Source: Deltaproteobacteria bacterium (lineage in GTDB: Bacteria > Myxococcota > Kuafuiibacteriia > Kuafuiibacteriales > Kuafuiibacteriaceae). From it: a DNA stretch of 48,338 bases. Below are positions 1 through 10,399 of the stretch, one piece after another. The notes beneath the pieces were generated by a model. The model made no database searches. It had not been told where the DNA came from and worked only from the letters and a program-made list of their open reading frames with translations. The DNA is taken from assembly GCA_040218735.1 (NCBI GenBank), contig JAVJQW010000005.1, forward strand, positions 1-48,338, in the 5' to 3' direction. Numbering within the stretch: the stretch's first letter is position 1; every line of letters starts with the position of its first letter. The position numbers and the translations under genes were made by a program.

Positions 1-146
1 ACGAGAAAATTCGCTGTTGCGGCTTAGCGGTCTGAGGTTTTCGGTCCCATGGTGCGCCTCGCGGTGGGCTTGCAAATCAAACTGTGACAACCGGGCTCAT
101 AGCACCGCCCTGGTGCGCCGGCAACCGCGAGCCTACGCCCCCCACC

Positions 147-1952
147 CTAGCTCCGCTTCAGCCAGCGATGCACGGTCGAGCGGTCGACGCCGAGCTTGCG
201 CGCCAGGGCCGAGACATTGCCGCCGCAGGCGTCCAGCTCGCGCCGGATATCGCGCCCGGGCGCCGCGGCGACGGCGCGCGGCGACGGGCGCCGCGCCACG
301 TGCCCCGGTGGCCGGTGGAACGCATCCGGCAGGCTTTCCAGATCGATCAACCCGCCTTCGGCGAGCACGCAGGCAACCTTCAGCACATTCGACAGTTCGC
401 GCAGGTTGCCCGGCCAGTGATGGGCGCGCAGGGCAAGGCGCGCCGCATTGTCCAGGCGGCAGGCGATGCCCGCCTCCTCGCCCGCGCGCTTGAGAATGCG
501 CTCGACCAGAGCGTCGAAATCGAGCCGCTCGCGCAGGGGCGGCAGGGTGAAGGTGGCCGCATTGAGCCGATAGTAGAGATCCTCGCGGAACCGGCCCGCC
601 TTGATCTCGTCCTCGAGGATGCGGTTCGTCGCCGCGACCACGCGGATGTCGACCGGCTCCGTCGTCGCGTCGCCCACCCGCTGCACGACGTGCTCCTGCA
701 GCGCGCGGAGCAACTTCACTTGCAGCGGCAGCGGCATCTCTCCGATCTCGTCGAGGAAGAGCGTCCCGCCGTTCGCCGCCTGGAAGCGTCCGATCTTGTT
801 CGCGACCGCCCCGGTGAACGCGCCGCGCACGTGACCGAACAGCTCCGACTCCAGGAGGTTCTCCGGAATCGCGCCGCAGTTGATGACGATGAACGGCCCC
901 TTCTTGCGCCGGGAGTTCTCGTGGATCTCCTTGGCGATGAGCTCCTTGCCGGTGCCCGTCTCGCCGGTGATCAACACCGAGATGTCCGCGGTGGCGACCT
1001 TCCGGACGCGCTTGAACACCTCGCGCATGGAGTTACACGCGCCGACGATCGTCCCGAAGCGCAGGTCCTCGAGTTTGTCCTCGAGCGCCGTCTTCTCCTC
1101 GTGCAGCTCGTCGATGCGCTGCGCTTGCGACAGCAGCAAGCTGGCTTGCGCCGAGAAGACACTCATCACGTCCATCGCCGCGTCGTCGAAGAGGTTCGTG
1201 ATGCGGTTGTTCCCGACGTAGAGCAAACCGAGCAGCTCGCCGCGCGCGAGGAGCGGCGAACACATCACCGAGTGCAGGCCGAGGTGCACGATCGACTCCG
1301 AAGCGCTCCACTGCTCGTCCGCCAACGCATCCGCGACGACGACGGGTTTCTTCGTCTCGATCACCTTCGCGAGGATCGAGTCCGACAGTTGGTCGAGTGA
1401 GTGCTGGATGTTCGCGCGCTCGACGTTGCGCGCCGCGCGGACCACCGGGTGCTCGTCCTCCAGCAGCACCAGGAACCCCTTGTCCGCGGAGGTGAGCTCC
1501 ACGAGGGAGTCGAGGATCGTGTCGACGAGCGACTCCGTCGACGCGTTCTCCAGGAGCTTGATCGAGAACTCGTGCACGCGTTTGTACGCGGACTTCACCT
1601 CGACGGTGGCCGCCTGCGGCTGACCGGCCTCCGCCGACTTGAACACCGGCGGTGGCTTCGGGACGTCGTCCTCGCTCACGAAGTAGGTCATCTTGAGCCC
1701 GCCGATGCGGATGATGTCCTTGTCGTCGAGGGTCTTCTTCTTCTCGCGGCGCCCGTTGATCGTCATGTCGCGGAGCATTCCGACGATCAGATAGTCGTCC
1801 CCGTCCTTGCTCACCTGCGCGTGCGTGGGCTGCAGCTCGGCGGTGGTGACGCGGATGTCGTTGTCCTCGGATGCGCCGATCGTCGTGACGGGGCGGATGA
1901 GCCGCACCGCGCGCGGGCGCTCGTCGGGGGCCTCCAGGTACAGGCTCGCCAT
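147..1952 (-). CDS. sigma-54-dependent transcriptional activator (FHA + GAF + AAA+ + Fis-type HTH); C-terminal ~140 aa possibly chimeric
   Basis: N-terminal FHA-like segment ([10 protein letters not shown]...HAQV), GAF region, Walker [24 protein letters not shown], Walker [25 protein letters not shown], terminal [23 protein letters not shown]. Confidence 0.92.
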   Translation of the reverse strand: MASLYLEAPDERPRAVRLIRPVTTIGASEDNDIRVTTAELQPTHAQVSKDGDDYLIVGMLRDMTINGRREKKKTLDDKDIIRIGGLKMTYFVSEDDVPKPPPVFKSAEAGQPQAATVEVKSAYKRVHEFSIKLLENASTESLVDTILDSLVELTSADKGFLVLLEDEHPVVRAARNVERANIQHSLDQLSDSILAKVIETKKPVVVADALADEQWSASESIVHLGLHSVMCSPLLARGELLGLLYVGNNRITNLFDDAAMDVMSVFSAQASLLLSQAQRIDELHEEKTALEDKLEDLRFGTIVGACNSMREVFKRVRKVATADISVLITGETGTGKELIAKEIHENSRRKKGPFIVINCGAIPENLLESELFGHVRGAFTGAVANKIGRFQAANGGTLFLDEIGEMPLPLQVKLLRALQEHVVQRVGDATTEPVDIRVVAATNRILEDEIKAGRFREDLYYRLNAATFTLPPLRERLDFDALVERILKRAGEEAGIACRLDNAARLALRAHHWPGNLRELSNVLKVACVLAEGGLIDLESLPDAFHRPPGHVARRPSPRAVAAAPGRDIRRELDACGGNVSALARKLGVDRSTVHRWLKRS

Positions 1953-2004
1953 GCGACCCCTACATACCAGGTGCCCGGGCGGTCCGGCGATAGTCCGCGG
2001 CCCG

Positions 2005-2787
2005 CTACCAGGAGAACGTCAAAGCGGCCCCTTTGGCGGGGATCTCGACCGGATCTCGCGGGGTGAGCAGCTCGGCCTCCATCTCGTTGTAGCGCGACAG
2101 GCCGAACAACGTGCTGGCGACCCAGGAGCCTCCGAAGATCGCGACGCCCGAGTACATGACGGTCAGGAGCCCGTAGTACCGGCCCGGCGACGTCTCCGTC
2201 CGGGTCGGGAGCAGCGCCCGGTACGCGACCACGTTCATCACGGCGCCGAGCACCTGAAGCGCGAGCCACAGCGTCCCCCAGCCCGACTCACCCAGCGTGA
2301 ACTGTGGCATGCCTCCGGGCAGCGCCATCATCCACCGCGGCGGCATCGTCGCGATCTCGACGCGCACCACCTCCTTTACAAGCGTGTTCACCTCGTCCGG
2401 CTCCGTCTTTCCGGTCAGCCGGTCCAGCGTGTCCTTCATCTCCTCGCGGACCCCCTGGAAGACCGCGATGATGTTCGGCGGGATTACGAAGGGGTCCAGC
2501 TCGTGGGTGGGGTCGAGCAGGAGCAGCTGCCCGAACTCCTCCTTCGCCTCCTCCTCGCGCTCCAGCCCCGCGAGCGCCACGCCCATCAGGCGGCGCGCGG
2601 TGATGAGGAGGGTCTTGTCGAGGATCCGGGGCGGGTGCAGCCAGGGATCGAGCGTCGCCACGACCGTCGCGAAGTCCCGGAACTGAAACGCGTTCTCCGC
2701 GAGGCGGACCGCGTGGTTGGCGTCCTCCGCCTCCGCCTGCGCACCGACGGCCGTCATCGCGGCGATCACGATCGCGAGGTGCTGCAC
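2005..2787 (-). CDS. hypothetical exported TPR-like protein with C-terminal hydrophobic helices
   Basis: Signal peptide ending AQA-EA; helical repeat pattern (ARRLMGVALAGL..EEAKEEFGQLLLLDP); two C-terminal hydrophobic segments; codon bias matches neighbours. Confidence 0.75.
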   Translation of the reverse strand: MQHLAIVIAAMTAVGAQAEAEDANHAVRLAENAFQFRDFATVVATLDPWLHPPRILDKTLLITARRLMGVALAGLEREEEAKEEFGQLLLLDPTHELDPFVIPPNIIAVFQGVREEMKDTLDRLTGKTEPDEVNTLVKEVVRVEIATMPPRWMMALPGGMPQFTLGESGWGTLWLALQVLGAVMNVVAYRALLPTRTETSPGRYYGLLTVMYSGVAIFGGSWVASTLFGLSRYNEMEAELLTPRDPVEIPAKGAALTFSW

Positions 2788-2907
2788 CGGCTCCGAGGAT
2801 GCCTCCGAATCGCACCCGAATCCACATCGTGACCTGGACCAAACCGAGCCACGGGCTGCGTCCCCCCGCGCGGAGGGCCGATGGAGGCCCTGATGGAGGG
2901 GGTTCGA

Positions 2908-5316
2908 TTGAAAAAGACGCTGTGGGTGTGTGTTCTGGGGCTGGCGGCGTGCGCGCCCGACAAGATTGGGGCTCCGTCCCCCGACGAGCCCGGCGGGTCA
3001 TCGCCCCAAGGCCTCGCGGCGCCGATCGTGTCCAGCCCGTCCGACGGCGCGCGGATCGTCAGCCCGGCGTCGATCCGCGGTCGCGGCGCGCCCGGCGCGA
3101 TGGTCGTCGCCGTGCTCAGCGCCGATGACTTCGCGCTCGGCGAGGCCTTCGCGCGCGTCGACGCCGAGGGGGCGTTCTCCCTCTCGCTCACCTTCGATCC
3201 GGCCCCCGAGGGCGCCGCGGTGGTCCTCTCGGTGTCCCAGACCAACGGCTCCGAGACGTCGCCGCCCGCGCTCGTCACCGTGCAGGTCGACACGGCGCCA
3301 GCGGCGCCCATGATCCTCGCCCCGGCCGCGGACGCCGACGTCGCGAGCCCAGTCCGCGTCGAGGGTCGGGGACAGGCCGGCGCGACCGCCGTCGCGGTGG
3401 TGTCCGCGGGGGACGACGAGCTCGGCCGCGCGGAGGCGGTCGTCGACGCCCTGGGGTCGTTTCAGGTGAGCGTCGCCTACGCGGGCGCCGAGTCCGGTGA
3501 CGCGTTGATGCTCTCCGTTCACCTGAGGAGCGGCGCCGCGACGAGCCCGGTCGTGAAACGCGGCATCATGCACCGTCCGCGTCGACTCTCGGGGACCGTC
3601 GCGCAGCCGCTCGGTCCGTTCGACGGGACCCAGGTCTACGTCCGGCTCTACGAGTCCTCCGACGCCGTCGTCGATCCGCTGCTGGAGGTGCAGCTGACCG
3701 TCGCCGAGGATCGACCGCTCGAGGCGACCCCGTTCAGCTTCGACGTCGCCGACGGTCGCTACTTCATCCGCGCCTACCGCGACGCGCGCGGCCCGTGGGG
3801 CGGGCAGGCCGACGGGCACCCGACGATCCCGTACGACCCGCAGTCCACGATGAGCATCCCCGTGCAGGTCTCGGGCGACGACAACGACGGCGTCTCGCTC
3901 GTGCTCGCCGCGCCGGTCGTCGCGCAGGAACACTACGAGGGCTTCGACGTGCTCACGATGCACGAGTCCCATCACCCGCAGCCCCCAGGGGCCTACGACG
4001 AACAGCGCGAAGAGTGGGTCGAGGGGCCGGGACTCTGCCGCGGCTATTACCTCGCGATGCGCGTGCAGCGCAGGAGCGAAGTCGCGACGAGCGCGCCCCG
4101 CGTGCGTGCGCCCGACGGCACGATCGTCGAGCTCGCGGACGACGGCGGTTGCGGTGACGGCAACGACAACACCGCGTCGAGCTACGACGATCGACGCGGC
4201 GACGGGACGTACACGTTCGGCGTCCCGGAGCCGGCGGCGTCGCTCGCGGGTGCGTACACCTTCTTCTACCGCGACGAAGTCGAAGACCTGATCCACGAGT
4301 CCGTCGACATGGTCGCCTCGATTCGACAGCTCAGTCGCATGGTGATGCTCGAGGCCCCGACCGGCGCCGAGGCGGCGTCCACGATGCCGACCTACCGCTG
4401 GGCCGAGGTCCGCGGCGCCGTCGCGTACGCGCTGCGCGTCGACGGGGCGAACGGCGACAACTACGTCTCCGCGCTGACGACCAGCGCGATGTTCACCGCG
4501 AGCGCGCCGCTCCCGGACGATCGGGCCTACCGCGCCACGCTCGAGATCTACGACGCGAACCCGCTGGAGGGCGGCGACATCGACGCGAGCGCACGCTCGA
4601 TGACGAGCTTCTTCATCACCGACGAGGACGCCGACAGCACCGTCGTGATCTCCGGGACGATCGTGAACGAGACCGGTCGCACCGGCGCCGTCGGTATCTA
4701 CGTGGACGGCGACGAGTCTGTTGAGGCGAGCCTGCGCGTCCCCGCGGGGACCAGCAGCTACGCAATTCGCGCCTTCGCGCGCCCGAACGTCCGCGTGATG
4801 GCGTTCCTCGACGTGGAGGGCGCCGGCGAGCCCGAGCGCGCCGACGGTTACGTGATCGAGGTCGAGGTCGACGCGACCACCGACGCGACGGCGGACCTCG
4901 TGTTCCGCGCGCCGGTCGAGCTCACCAGCCCGGCCGACGGCGCCCGCGGCGTGGGCGCCACGCCGCGCCTCGAGTGGAACGGCTACGGCGACCACGCACC
5001 GGCCACGTGGTCCTACGCGGTCTACGTGTCGAACGGCGACGGCGACTTCCCGCAGGTCGTCTACGGGCTGCCGCCCAGCGCGACGTCGTTCGACTTCGCG
5101 ATGAGCGCGGCGTCGCAGGACGCGTTCGACATCGTGAACCTCGCGACCGGCTCCGCCAGCGCGTCGAACCTCAGCGGCGCGGAGGGGTGGGCGTGGGGTC
5201 TCGTGGTGATCGAGTGCGACCACGCAGCGAACGACTACGGCGCGTGTTTGATGGAGGTGCTCGGCGACGACGGCGCCTTCTACGCGCAGTCCCCCGAGTG
5301 GCGGTTCTCACCCTGA
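2908..5316 (+). CDS. large surface lipoprotein with repeated Ig/FN3-like beta domains and a choice-of-anchor-X-like DDG..GDG.Y motif
   Basis: Probable TTG start at 2908 with GGAGG at 2895-2899 (ORF opens at 2881); lipobox LAA-C; duplicated AP.I..P.DGA...SP..V.GRG..GA modules; LADDGG...DDRRGDGTYT. Confidence 0.75.
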   Translation: MKKTLWVCVLGLAACAPDKIGAPSPDEPGGSSPQGLAAPIVSSPSDGARIVSPASIRGRGAPGAMVVAVLSADDFALGEAFARVDAEGAFSLSLTFDPAPEGAAVVLSVSQTNGSETSPPALVTVQVDTAPAAPMILAPAADADVASPVRVEGRGQAGATAVAVVSAGDDELGRAEAVVDALGSFQVSVAYAGAESGDALMLSVHLRSGAATSPVVKRGIMHRPRRLSGTVAQPLGPFDGTQVYVRLYESSDAVVDPLLEVQLTVAEDRPLEATPFSFDVADGRYFIRAYRDARGPWGGQADGHPTIPYDPQSTMSIPVQVSGDDNDGVSLVLAAPVVAQEHYEGFDVLTMHESHHPQPPGAYDEQREEWVEGPGLCRGYYLAMRVQRRSEVATSAPRVRAPDGTIVELADDGGCGDGNDNTASSYDDRRGDGTYTFGVPEPAASLAGAYTFFYRDEVEDLIHESVDMVASIRQLSRMVMLEAPTGAEAASTMPTYRWAEVRGAVAYALRVDGANGDNYVSALTTSAMFTASAPLPDDRAYRATLEIYDANPLEGGDIDASARSMTSFFITDEDADSTVVISGTIVNETGRTGAVGIYVDGDESVEASLRVPAGTSSYAIRAFARPNVRVMAFLDVEGAGEPERADGYVIEVEVDATTDATADLVFRAPVELTSPADGARGVGATPRLEWNGYGDHAPATWSYAVYVSNGDGDFPQVVYGLPPSATSFDFAMSAASQDAFDIVNLATGSASASNLSGAEGWAWGLVVIECDHAANDYGACLMEVLGDDGAFYAQSPEWRFSP

Positions 5317-6954
5317 CGCTTTTTTGTCGCGGCGCATCTCGATGACGCGCTTTTCCATCCGCGCCTCCCGCAGGTGCGGGTGGAGCGCGAGCGCCTTGTC
5401 GTAGTTGGAGATCGCCTCGTTCAGGTCGCCTTTGTCGCGGTGCAGGCGGCCCAGATAGTAGTGCCACTGGCCGATCAGGATCGGGTCCTTCGGGCCGTCC
5501 TTCCGCGCCTTCTCGATCGCCGCTTCCAAGAGCTGCTTGCCCTTGCTGAGCGCGGTGGCGCGATCGAAGTGGCGATCCATGATCATCGACCACGCATAGA
5601 ACGCCGCGTACTGCGGGTTCGTCGCATCGAGGGTGTGCGCCCGTTCGAGGAGCTCGCGCGCTTCGGGCGCGGCGCCCTTGCGGAGGTGGACCTTCGCCAT
5701 CTCGAACGCCATCAGCGCGTCCTGCTCGTCCTTCTTCGCATCGCGCGCCGGCTTCGGCTCGGTCTGCTGCAAGTACGCCGCACGGGCCGCCGGGTGGTTG
5801 AGTGTTCGGTACGCCTCGTTGAGCGCGGCTTGGAGCTGATCGGCGATCGCGAGCACTTCGGGCGTCGCCGTCGCGCGCAGCGTGTCGGGGTGGAAGCGCC
5901 GCGCCCGGTCGAAGAACGCCTTCGAGATCGTCTCGGCGTCGGCGTTCTTCGCCACGCCCAGCAACGCGAAGTGGTCCGGCTTCTTCGGTAGCGCCGCGAA
6001 CGCGAGGAGCTCTTGCACGACCGCGTCCGTCGCCGGTGCGGGGTTCGCGGGGGGCGCGGTCGCCTGAGCTTCCTGGCCCTGCACCCACGCCTGGTACGCG
6101 GCACGAAGCTCCTCGTTGAACGGGTCGAGATCCTGCGCCGACAGCGCGAGCTTTCCGCACTGCTCCGGCGAGATGCGCGACAACTCCATCGCCTGCTGCA
6201 CGAGCGCCTTCGCGCGCTCGACCTTCTCCGGGAACGCCTGCGTCCACACCTCGCGCAGGTACGTGAAGTCTTCGCCGGCCGCGCGACGTTCGTCGATGCG
6301 CAGGTGGCTGTGGTGGAAGTCGTAGTGGAGTCGGCGCAGCGGGTTCGCGACGAGCTCACTCGCGCGTTCAAGCTGACGCACCACCTGCTCGAGGCGCGCG
6401 ACCTTCGGGGGCGGGCTGTCGGGCGGCGCGTCCGAGAACCGCTCGCACATCGTCTGCACGCGAAGCTCGATCGCGTCGCGCGTCGCGCCGGGCTCGACGT
6501 CGAGCGCCGCGTAGAGCTTCGAAGCGGAGAGCGCATCCATGATGCGCTTCGCGTCCGCGATCAGGACGTCGAGCGGCTCGTACTCCCGCTCGACCCCGAG
6601 GTCCGCGGAGAGCCGTGCCGCGACGCCGTCGACGTACTCTTCGATGCGCGTCTTGCTGTCGTCGTCGAGGCTGACGAACTGCACGCCGATCCCCGGCGGC
6701 TGGTTGAACGCGGCGGCGGACTCCGTCGAGACGACGTGCACGACCTCGGCGTCGAGCTCGAGCATCCCGTCCGGCGTCGACAGGTGGATGGTGAGCTGCG
6801 TCCCGAACGCCGGCGGCGTCTCGGTGCGGATGAACATCCCGCCCTTCGAGATGTCGACGGTCCACGCTTCCTTGAGTGCTTCGCGAGAGCCGAAGCCGAC
6901 CTCGACCTTTCGTTCGTCGATGAAGCGTGGGTGCTGGCGGACGGTGCTCGACAC
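5308..6954 (-). CDS. PilZ (TIGR02266-type) + degenerate J-like domain + J domain + TPR protein
   Basis: RQHPR and DISKGG PilZ motifs, GIGVQF; DHFALLGV...RFHPD J domain; C-terminal TPRs (HYYLGRLH..KGD..EAI..YDKAL.L.P). Confidence 0.85.
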   Translation of the reverse strand: MSSTVRQHPRFIDERKVEVGFGSREALKEAWTVDISKGGMFIRTETPPAFGTQLTIHLSTPDGMLELDAEVVHVVSTESAAAFNQPPGIGVQFVSLDDDSKTRIEEYVDGVAARLSADLGVEREYEPLDVLIADAKRIMDALSASKLYAALDVEPGATRDAIELRVQTMCERFSDAPPDSPPPKVARLEQVVRQLERASELVANPLRRLHYDFHHSHLRIDERRAAGEDFTYLREVWTQAFPEKVERAKALVQQAMELSRISPEQCGKLALSAQDLDPFNEELRAAYQAWVQGQEAQATAPPANPAPATDAVVQELLAFAALPKKPDHFALLGVAKNADAETISKAFFDRARRFHPDTLRATATPEVLAIADQLQAALNEAYRTLNHPAARAAYLQQTEPKPARDAKKDEQDALMAFEMAKVHLRKGAAPEARELLERAHTLDATNPQYAAFYAWSMIMDRHFDRATALSKGKQLLEAAIEKARKDGPKDPILIGQWHYYLGRLHRDKGDLNEAISNYDKALALHPHLREARMEKRVIEMRRDKKASG

Positions 6955-6998
6955 GCTTCGACGATCATGCCCGGACTCGGACCTGACGTCGAACCGCC

Positions 6999-7514
6999 TC
7001 AGTCCTCGGTGGCAGAGGGTGGGATGCGCGCGCCGTCGGGGAGCGTCGCGTCCGGGTCGAGCACCGGGGCGGCGTCGAGGTCGTCGCCGTCCATCATCTC
7101 GACGATGCGTTCGAGGCTGCTCTTGATGCGATGCTGCTCATCCGGCTGGAGCCGCTGGAGCCGGTCCACGAAGCGCTCCTGGAGCGGCGAGGGCGCCTGT
7201 TCGATCAGCGCACGTCCTGCGTCGGTGAGCCGTACCGTGACCCGGCGGCGGTCCTTGCTCGTGCGTTCACGTGTCACGAGCTGCCTCGCGGCGAGGCGAT
7301 CGATGATGCCGGTCATCGTCGCCTGGCTGAGCGAGACCTCGCGGGCGATCTCACTCGGCGCCGCCTCCTCGAGCTGGCCAATCGTGCGCAGCGCGACGAG
7401 CTGCGGACCGGTGAGGCCGAAGGTGCTCGCCAGGTGTTTGCTGTGGAGATCGATCGCCCGGCTGATCCGCCGCAGCGACCGCAGGATGTCGTCCTCGATC
7501 GACGCCAACGTCAC
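6999..7514 (-). CDS. MarR-family repressor, EctR/CosR-like
   Basis: GTG start overlaps the symporter stop (GTGA); ILRSLRRISRAIDLHSKHL...GLTGPQL...SLSQATMTGIIDRL...DRRRV.V.LT..G......APSPLQERF is the EctR/CosR-type MarR pattern. Confidence 0.85.
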   Translation of the reverse strand: MTLASIEDDILRSLRRISRAIDLHSKHLASTFGLTGPQLVALRTIGQLEEAAPSEIAREVSLSQATMTGIIDRLAARQLVTRERTSKDRRRVTVRLTDAGRALIEQAPSPLQERFVDRLQRLQPDEQHRIKSSLERIVEMMDGDDLDAAPVLDPDATLPDGARIPPSATED

Positions 7515-9349
7515 GGAGTGTCGCACGACTCGACCCTGTCGGCACGCGGTCGTCGCGCGCCCCACGCGAGCGCGGCGGCACCGGCCGCGAGGAGCACGAC
7601 GGTGACGAGGTCCGTGGTGTCGAAGATGAGCCGCTTCAGGCCGAACAGCGCCGCGACCACGCCGCCCGTGACGCCGACCCACCGGAGCGCGACCTCGGAG
7701 AGCTGCGCGAATGCGGTCGCCGCCGTCCGGTCGGGCCAGAACCCGAGCGGACGAACGCGCGCGATGAACCGCGCGAGCGCCTCGTCGTTCTGCGCCGGAC
7801 GCACGACGAGCCCGATGACCAGGCCGACCAGGCTCGACGCGGAGATGATCACGAGGCGTAGCTCGTAGGTGACGTCGAGCGTCAGCGCCGCGACCGCCAA
7901 CCCGACGCCCATCGCGAGCAGCTCCGCGAGCGCGGTGACGCGCCACCACACCCAGCGCAGCGCGGTGGGGATCCCGAGCGCGGCGCCGAGCGCGGCGACC
8001 CACTTCCAGGCTTCTTCGATCGTGTCGATGTGCAGGCTCACCACCGCGGCGACGATCGCGAACACCAGCACCGCGGACCGCGCGACGAGCAGCTGCACGC
8101 GGGTCGACACGTCGGGGCGCGCGACGCACAGGACGTCGTTCACCACGTACGATGCGCCCCAGTTGATGTGGGTGTCGACGGTGCTCATGAACGCGGCGAG
8201 GAGGCTGGTGACCATCAGCCCGAGCGCGACCGGGGGGAGGAGCGCGACCATGAGCACGGGGTAGGCGAGCTCGCGGTCGTCGGCGACGGGTGCGGCGAGG
8301 CCGTCGAGCGCGGAGGTTTCGCCGCCGATCGGGACGAGCACGAGCGCCGAGACCGCGACGACGAACCACGGCACCGCGCGCACGAGGTAGTGGACGACGA
8401 CGAACAACACCGAGGCGCGGCGCGCGTCGTCCTCGCTGCGCGTGGCGTTGAGGCGCTGCATCATGTAGCCGCCGCCGTCCGCGGGGACGTTGGTGTACGA
8501 CTGCACGAACAGGTACGCGCCGAAGAGGAACGCGCCGAAACCGAGGCCGTCGACCCACGTGACATCCAAGCTCGGGATGAAGGTGATGAAGTCCTGCTCG
8601 GCGCCGTAGAGCTGGGTGAGCTTCTCGCTGATGCGCGCGCGCCCGCCGGCGCGCGTCCACGCGGCGACCGCGAGCCAGATGCTCCCGAACATCGCGACGC
8701 CGAGCTGGATGAGGTCCGTGAAGACCACACCGCGGATGCCGCCGACGCTGGAGTAGAAGCCGACGATCGCGAGGAGCGAGAGGATCGTCAAACCTTCCGA
8801 CGGTGTCCCGAGCGCGGCGCCGTCCGGCCACACCACAGCGAACGCGGCGACGAACGCCGGCGTCCAGACGTCCCAGTGAAAGAAGGGCGTCACGATCTTC
8901 ACCATCGCGCGCAGCACCCATCCGAGGATGATCGCGTTGTAGACCAGGCCGAACAGCACCGAGCGCGACGCGCGCAACACGCCGGCGGCGCGCCCCGAGT
9001 AGCGCAGTGCGACGAGCTCGGCGTCGGTGAGCACGCCGCTGCGACTCCAGCGCGCGGCGAAGTACACGACCACGGCGGCGTGCACGCCGATCCACGACAG
9101 CCACATCCAGTTCCCGGAGAGGCCGCGGCTCGCGACGATGCCGGTGACGGCGAGGGGGGTGTCGGCGGCGAAGGTGGTCGCGGCGATGGACAGGCCGGCC
9201 CACCACCAGGGGAGGGTGCGCCCCGCGAGGAAGTAGCTGGTGCGATCTTCGGACGCCGCCTTGCGGACGAAGAGCCCGACGCACGCGGCCATCACGAGGT
9301 AGACGCCGACGACGACCCAGTCGACGGTGTGGAGCGTCAGCCGGTCCAC
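7511..9349 (-). CDS. sodium:solute symporter (SSS family)
   Basis: YFLAGRTLPWW..GLSIAATTFAADTPLAVTG, GGIRGVVFTDLIQ, LLAAFMST; about 13-15 hydrophobic segments. Confidence 0.92.
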   Translation of the reverse strand: MDRLTLHTVDWVVVGVYLVMAACVGLFVRKAASEDRTSYFLAGRTLPWWWAGLSIAATTFAADTPLAVTGIVASRGLSGNWMWLSWIGVHAAVVVYFAARWSRSGVLTDAELVALRYSGRAAGVLRASRSVLFGLVYNAIILGWVLRAMVKIVTPFFHWDVWTPAFVAAFAVVWPDGAALGTPSEGLTILSLLAIVGFYSSVGGIRGVVFTDLIQLGVAMFGSIWLAVAAWTRAGGRARISEKLTQLYGAEQDFITFIPSLDVTWVDGLGFGAFLFGAYLFVQSYTNVPADGGGYMMQRLNATRSEDDARRASVLFVVVHYLVRAVPWFVVAVSALVLVPIGGETSALDGLAAPVADDRELAYPVLMVALLPPVALGLMVTSLLAAFMSTVDTHINWGASYVVNDVLCVARPDVSTRVQLLVARSAVLVFAIVAAVVSLHIDTIEEAWKWVAALGAALGIPTALRWVWWRVTALAELLAMGVGLAVAALTLDVTYELRLVIISASSLVGLVIGLVVRPAQNDEALARFIARVRPLGFWPDRTAATAFAQLSEVALRWVGVTGGVVAALFGLKRLIFDTTDLVTVVLLAAGAAALAWGARRPRADRVESCDTP

Positions 9350-9361
9350 TTCAGGTCCACG

Positions 9362-10399
9362 TCAGGTGTACGTCACCTTGTTGAGCCCGGCGGGTTGGTC
9401 CGGGTTGATGCCGCGCCGGCCCGCGAGCTCGAGCGCGACGAGCTGCGACAGGAACGCGAGCACCACGGAGCGCGCCCAGCGCACGGTGGGCATCGGGATC
9501 GCGAGCGCGCGCTGCGCCAACGCTTCGGCGCGGTCGCCGCGGTGGGAGGCTTCGCCGGTCACGGTGAGGTGGGGCGCGCCGCGCGCGAGGAGGCGGGTGG
9601 AGACGGCGTCGAGGCTATCAGCGGGTTCGTCGCCGTCCTGGAAGAGGACGACGCGGTCCGTGCTGTCGAGCGCGCCGATCGGACCGTGGAGGATCTCCGC
9701 GGCCGACCACGCCTGGCACTTGAGCCCGATCGACTCCTGCAGCTTCAACGCTGCGTCCTGCGCCGCGGCGAGCGCGGGGCCGCGCGCGACCCACACCACG
9801 GCTTTGCCGCCTTCGATGAAGTCGGCGAGGCGGACCACCGCGTCGCTCTCGAGGATCAGCTCCATGGCCACCGCTGTCTCGTCCGCGGCGGGCTGCAGCT
9901 TGAGGTCGCAGAGCGCCGCGGTGACGAACAGCTGCGCGCCGAAGCTCTTCGTGGCGGGCACCGCGAGCTCGTCGCCGACCCCCACGTCGACCATCGCGTC
10001 GCAGACCCGGCCGAGGTTGCTGTCGGGCGTCGCGCCGTTCGTGACGGCGAGGATGCGTGCGCCGCGCTCCTTCAACCACTGCGCGGAGTGGGCGATGTCC
10101 GTGCTCTGACCCGACGCGGAGTAGGCGAACACCCGCGCGTCCTCCCATCGGGCGTCGGCGGAGCGTTGGGTCGACAGCCACGGCCGGAACTCGATCGGGT
10201 GGCGGCCGCTGTTCACGCCCGCAAGGTAGGTTGCGAACGTGCACGCGTTTCCGGAGCTGCCGCGTCCGACGAGCACGAGGTTGTCGCGTGCTCCGACCCG
10301 CTGAAGGGCTTCATGGGCGTCACGCGTCCAGGTGTCGGCTTTGGAGCGGAGCAAGTACGGTTGTTCGACGGTCTCGTCGCGCATGTGGCAGGCGATCAT
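9362..10399 (-). CDS. double-SIS-domain protein, glucosamine-6-phosphate deaminase (NagB-II/GlmS isomerase-like)
   Basis: ATG at 10399 overlaps the upstream stop; GRGSS, SASGQSTD, E.AVPATKSF, ARG...AALKLQE, SAAEILHGP, NPDQP.GLNKVT; no glutaminase domain. Confidence 0.85.
   Translation of the reverse strand: MIACHMRDETVEQPYLLRSKADTWTRDAHEALQRVGARDNLVLVGRGSSGNACTFATYLAGVNSGRHPIEFRPWLSTQRSADARWEDARVFAYSASGQSTDIAHSAQWLKERGARILAVTNGATPDSNLGRVCDAMVDVGVGDELAVPATKSFGAQLFVTAALCDLKLQPAADETAVAMELILESDAVVRLADFIEGGKAVVWVARGPALAAAQDAALKLQESIGLKCQAWSAAEILHGPIGALDSTDRVVLFQDGDEPADSLDAVSTRLLARGAPHLTVTGEASHRGDRAEALAQRALAIPMPTVRWARSVVLAFLSQLVALELAGRRGINPDQPAGLNKVTYT

Noticed and set aside
9362-10399. glmS call
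   Set aside because: No N-terminal glutaminase domain; SIS domains only
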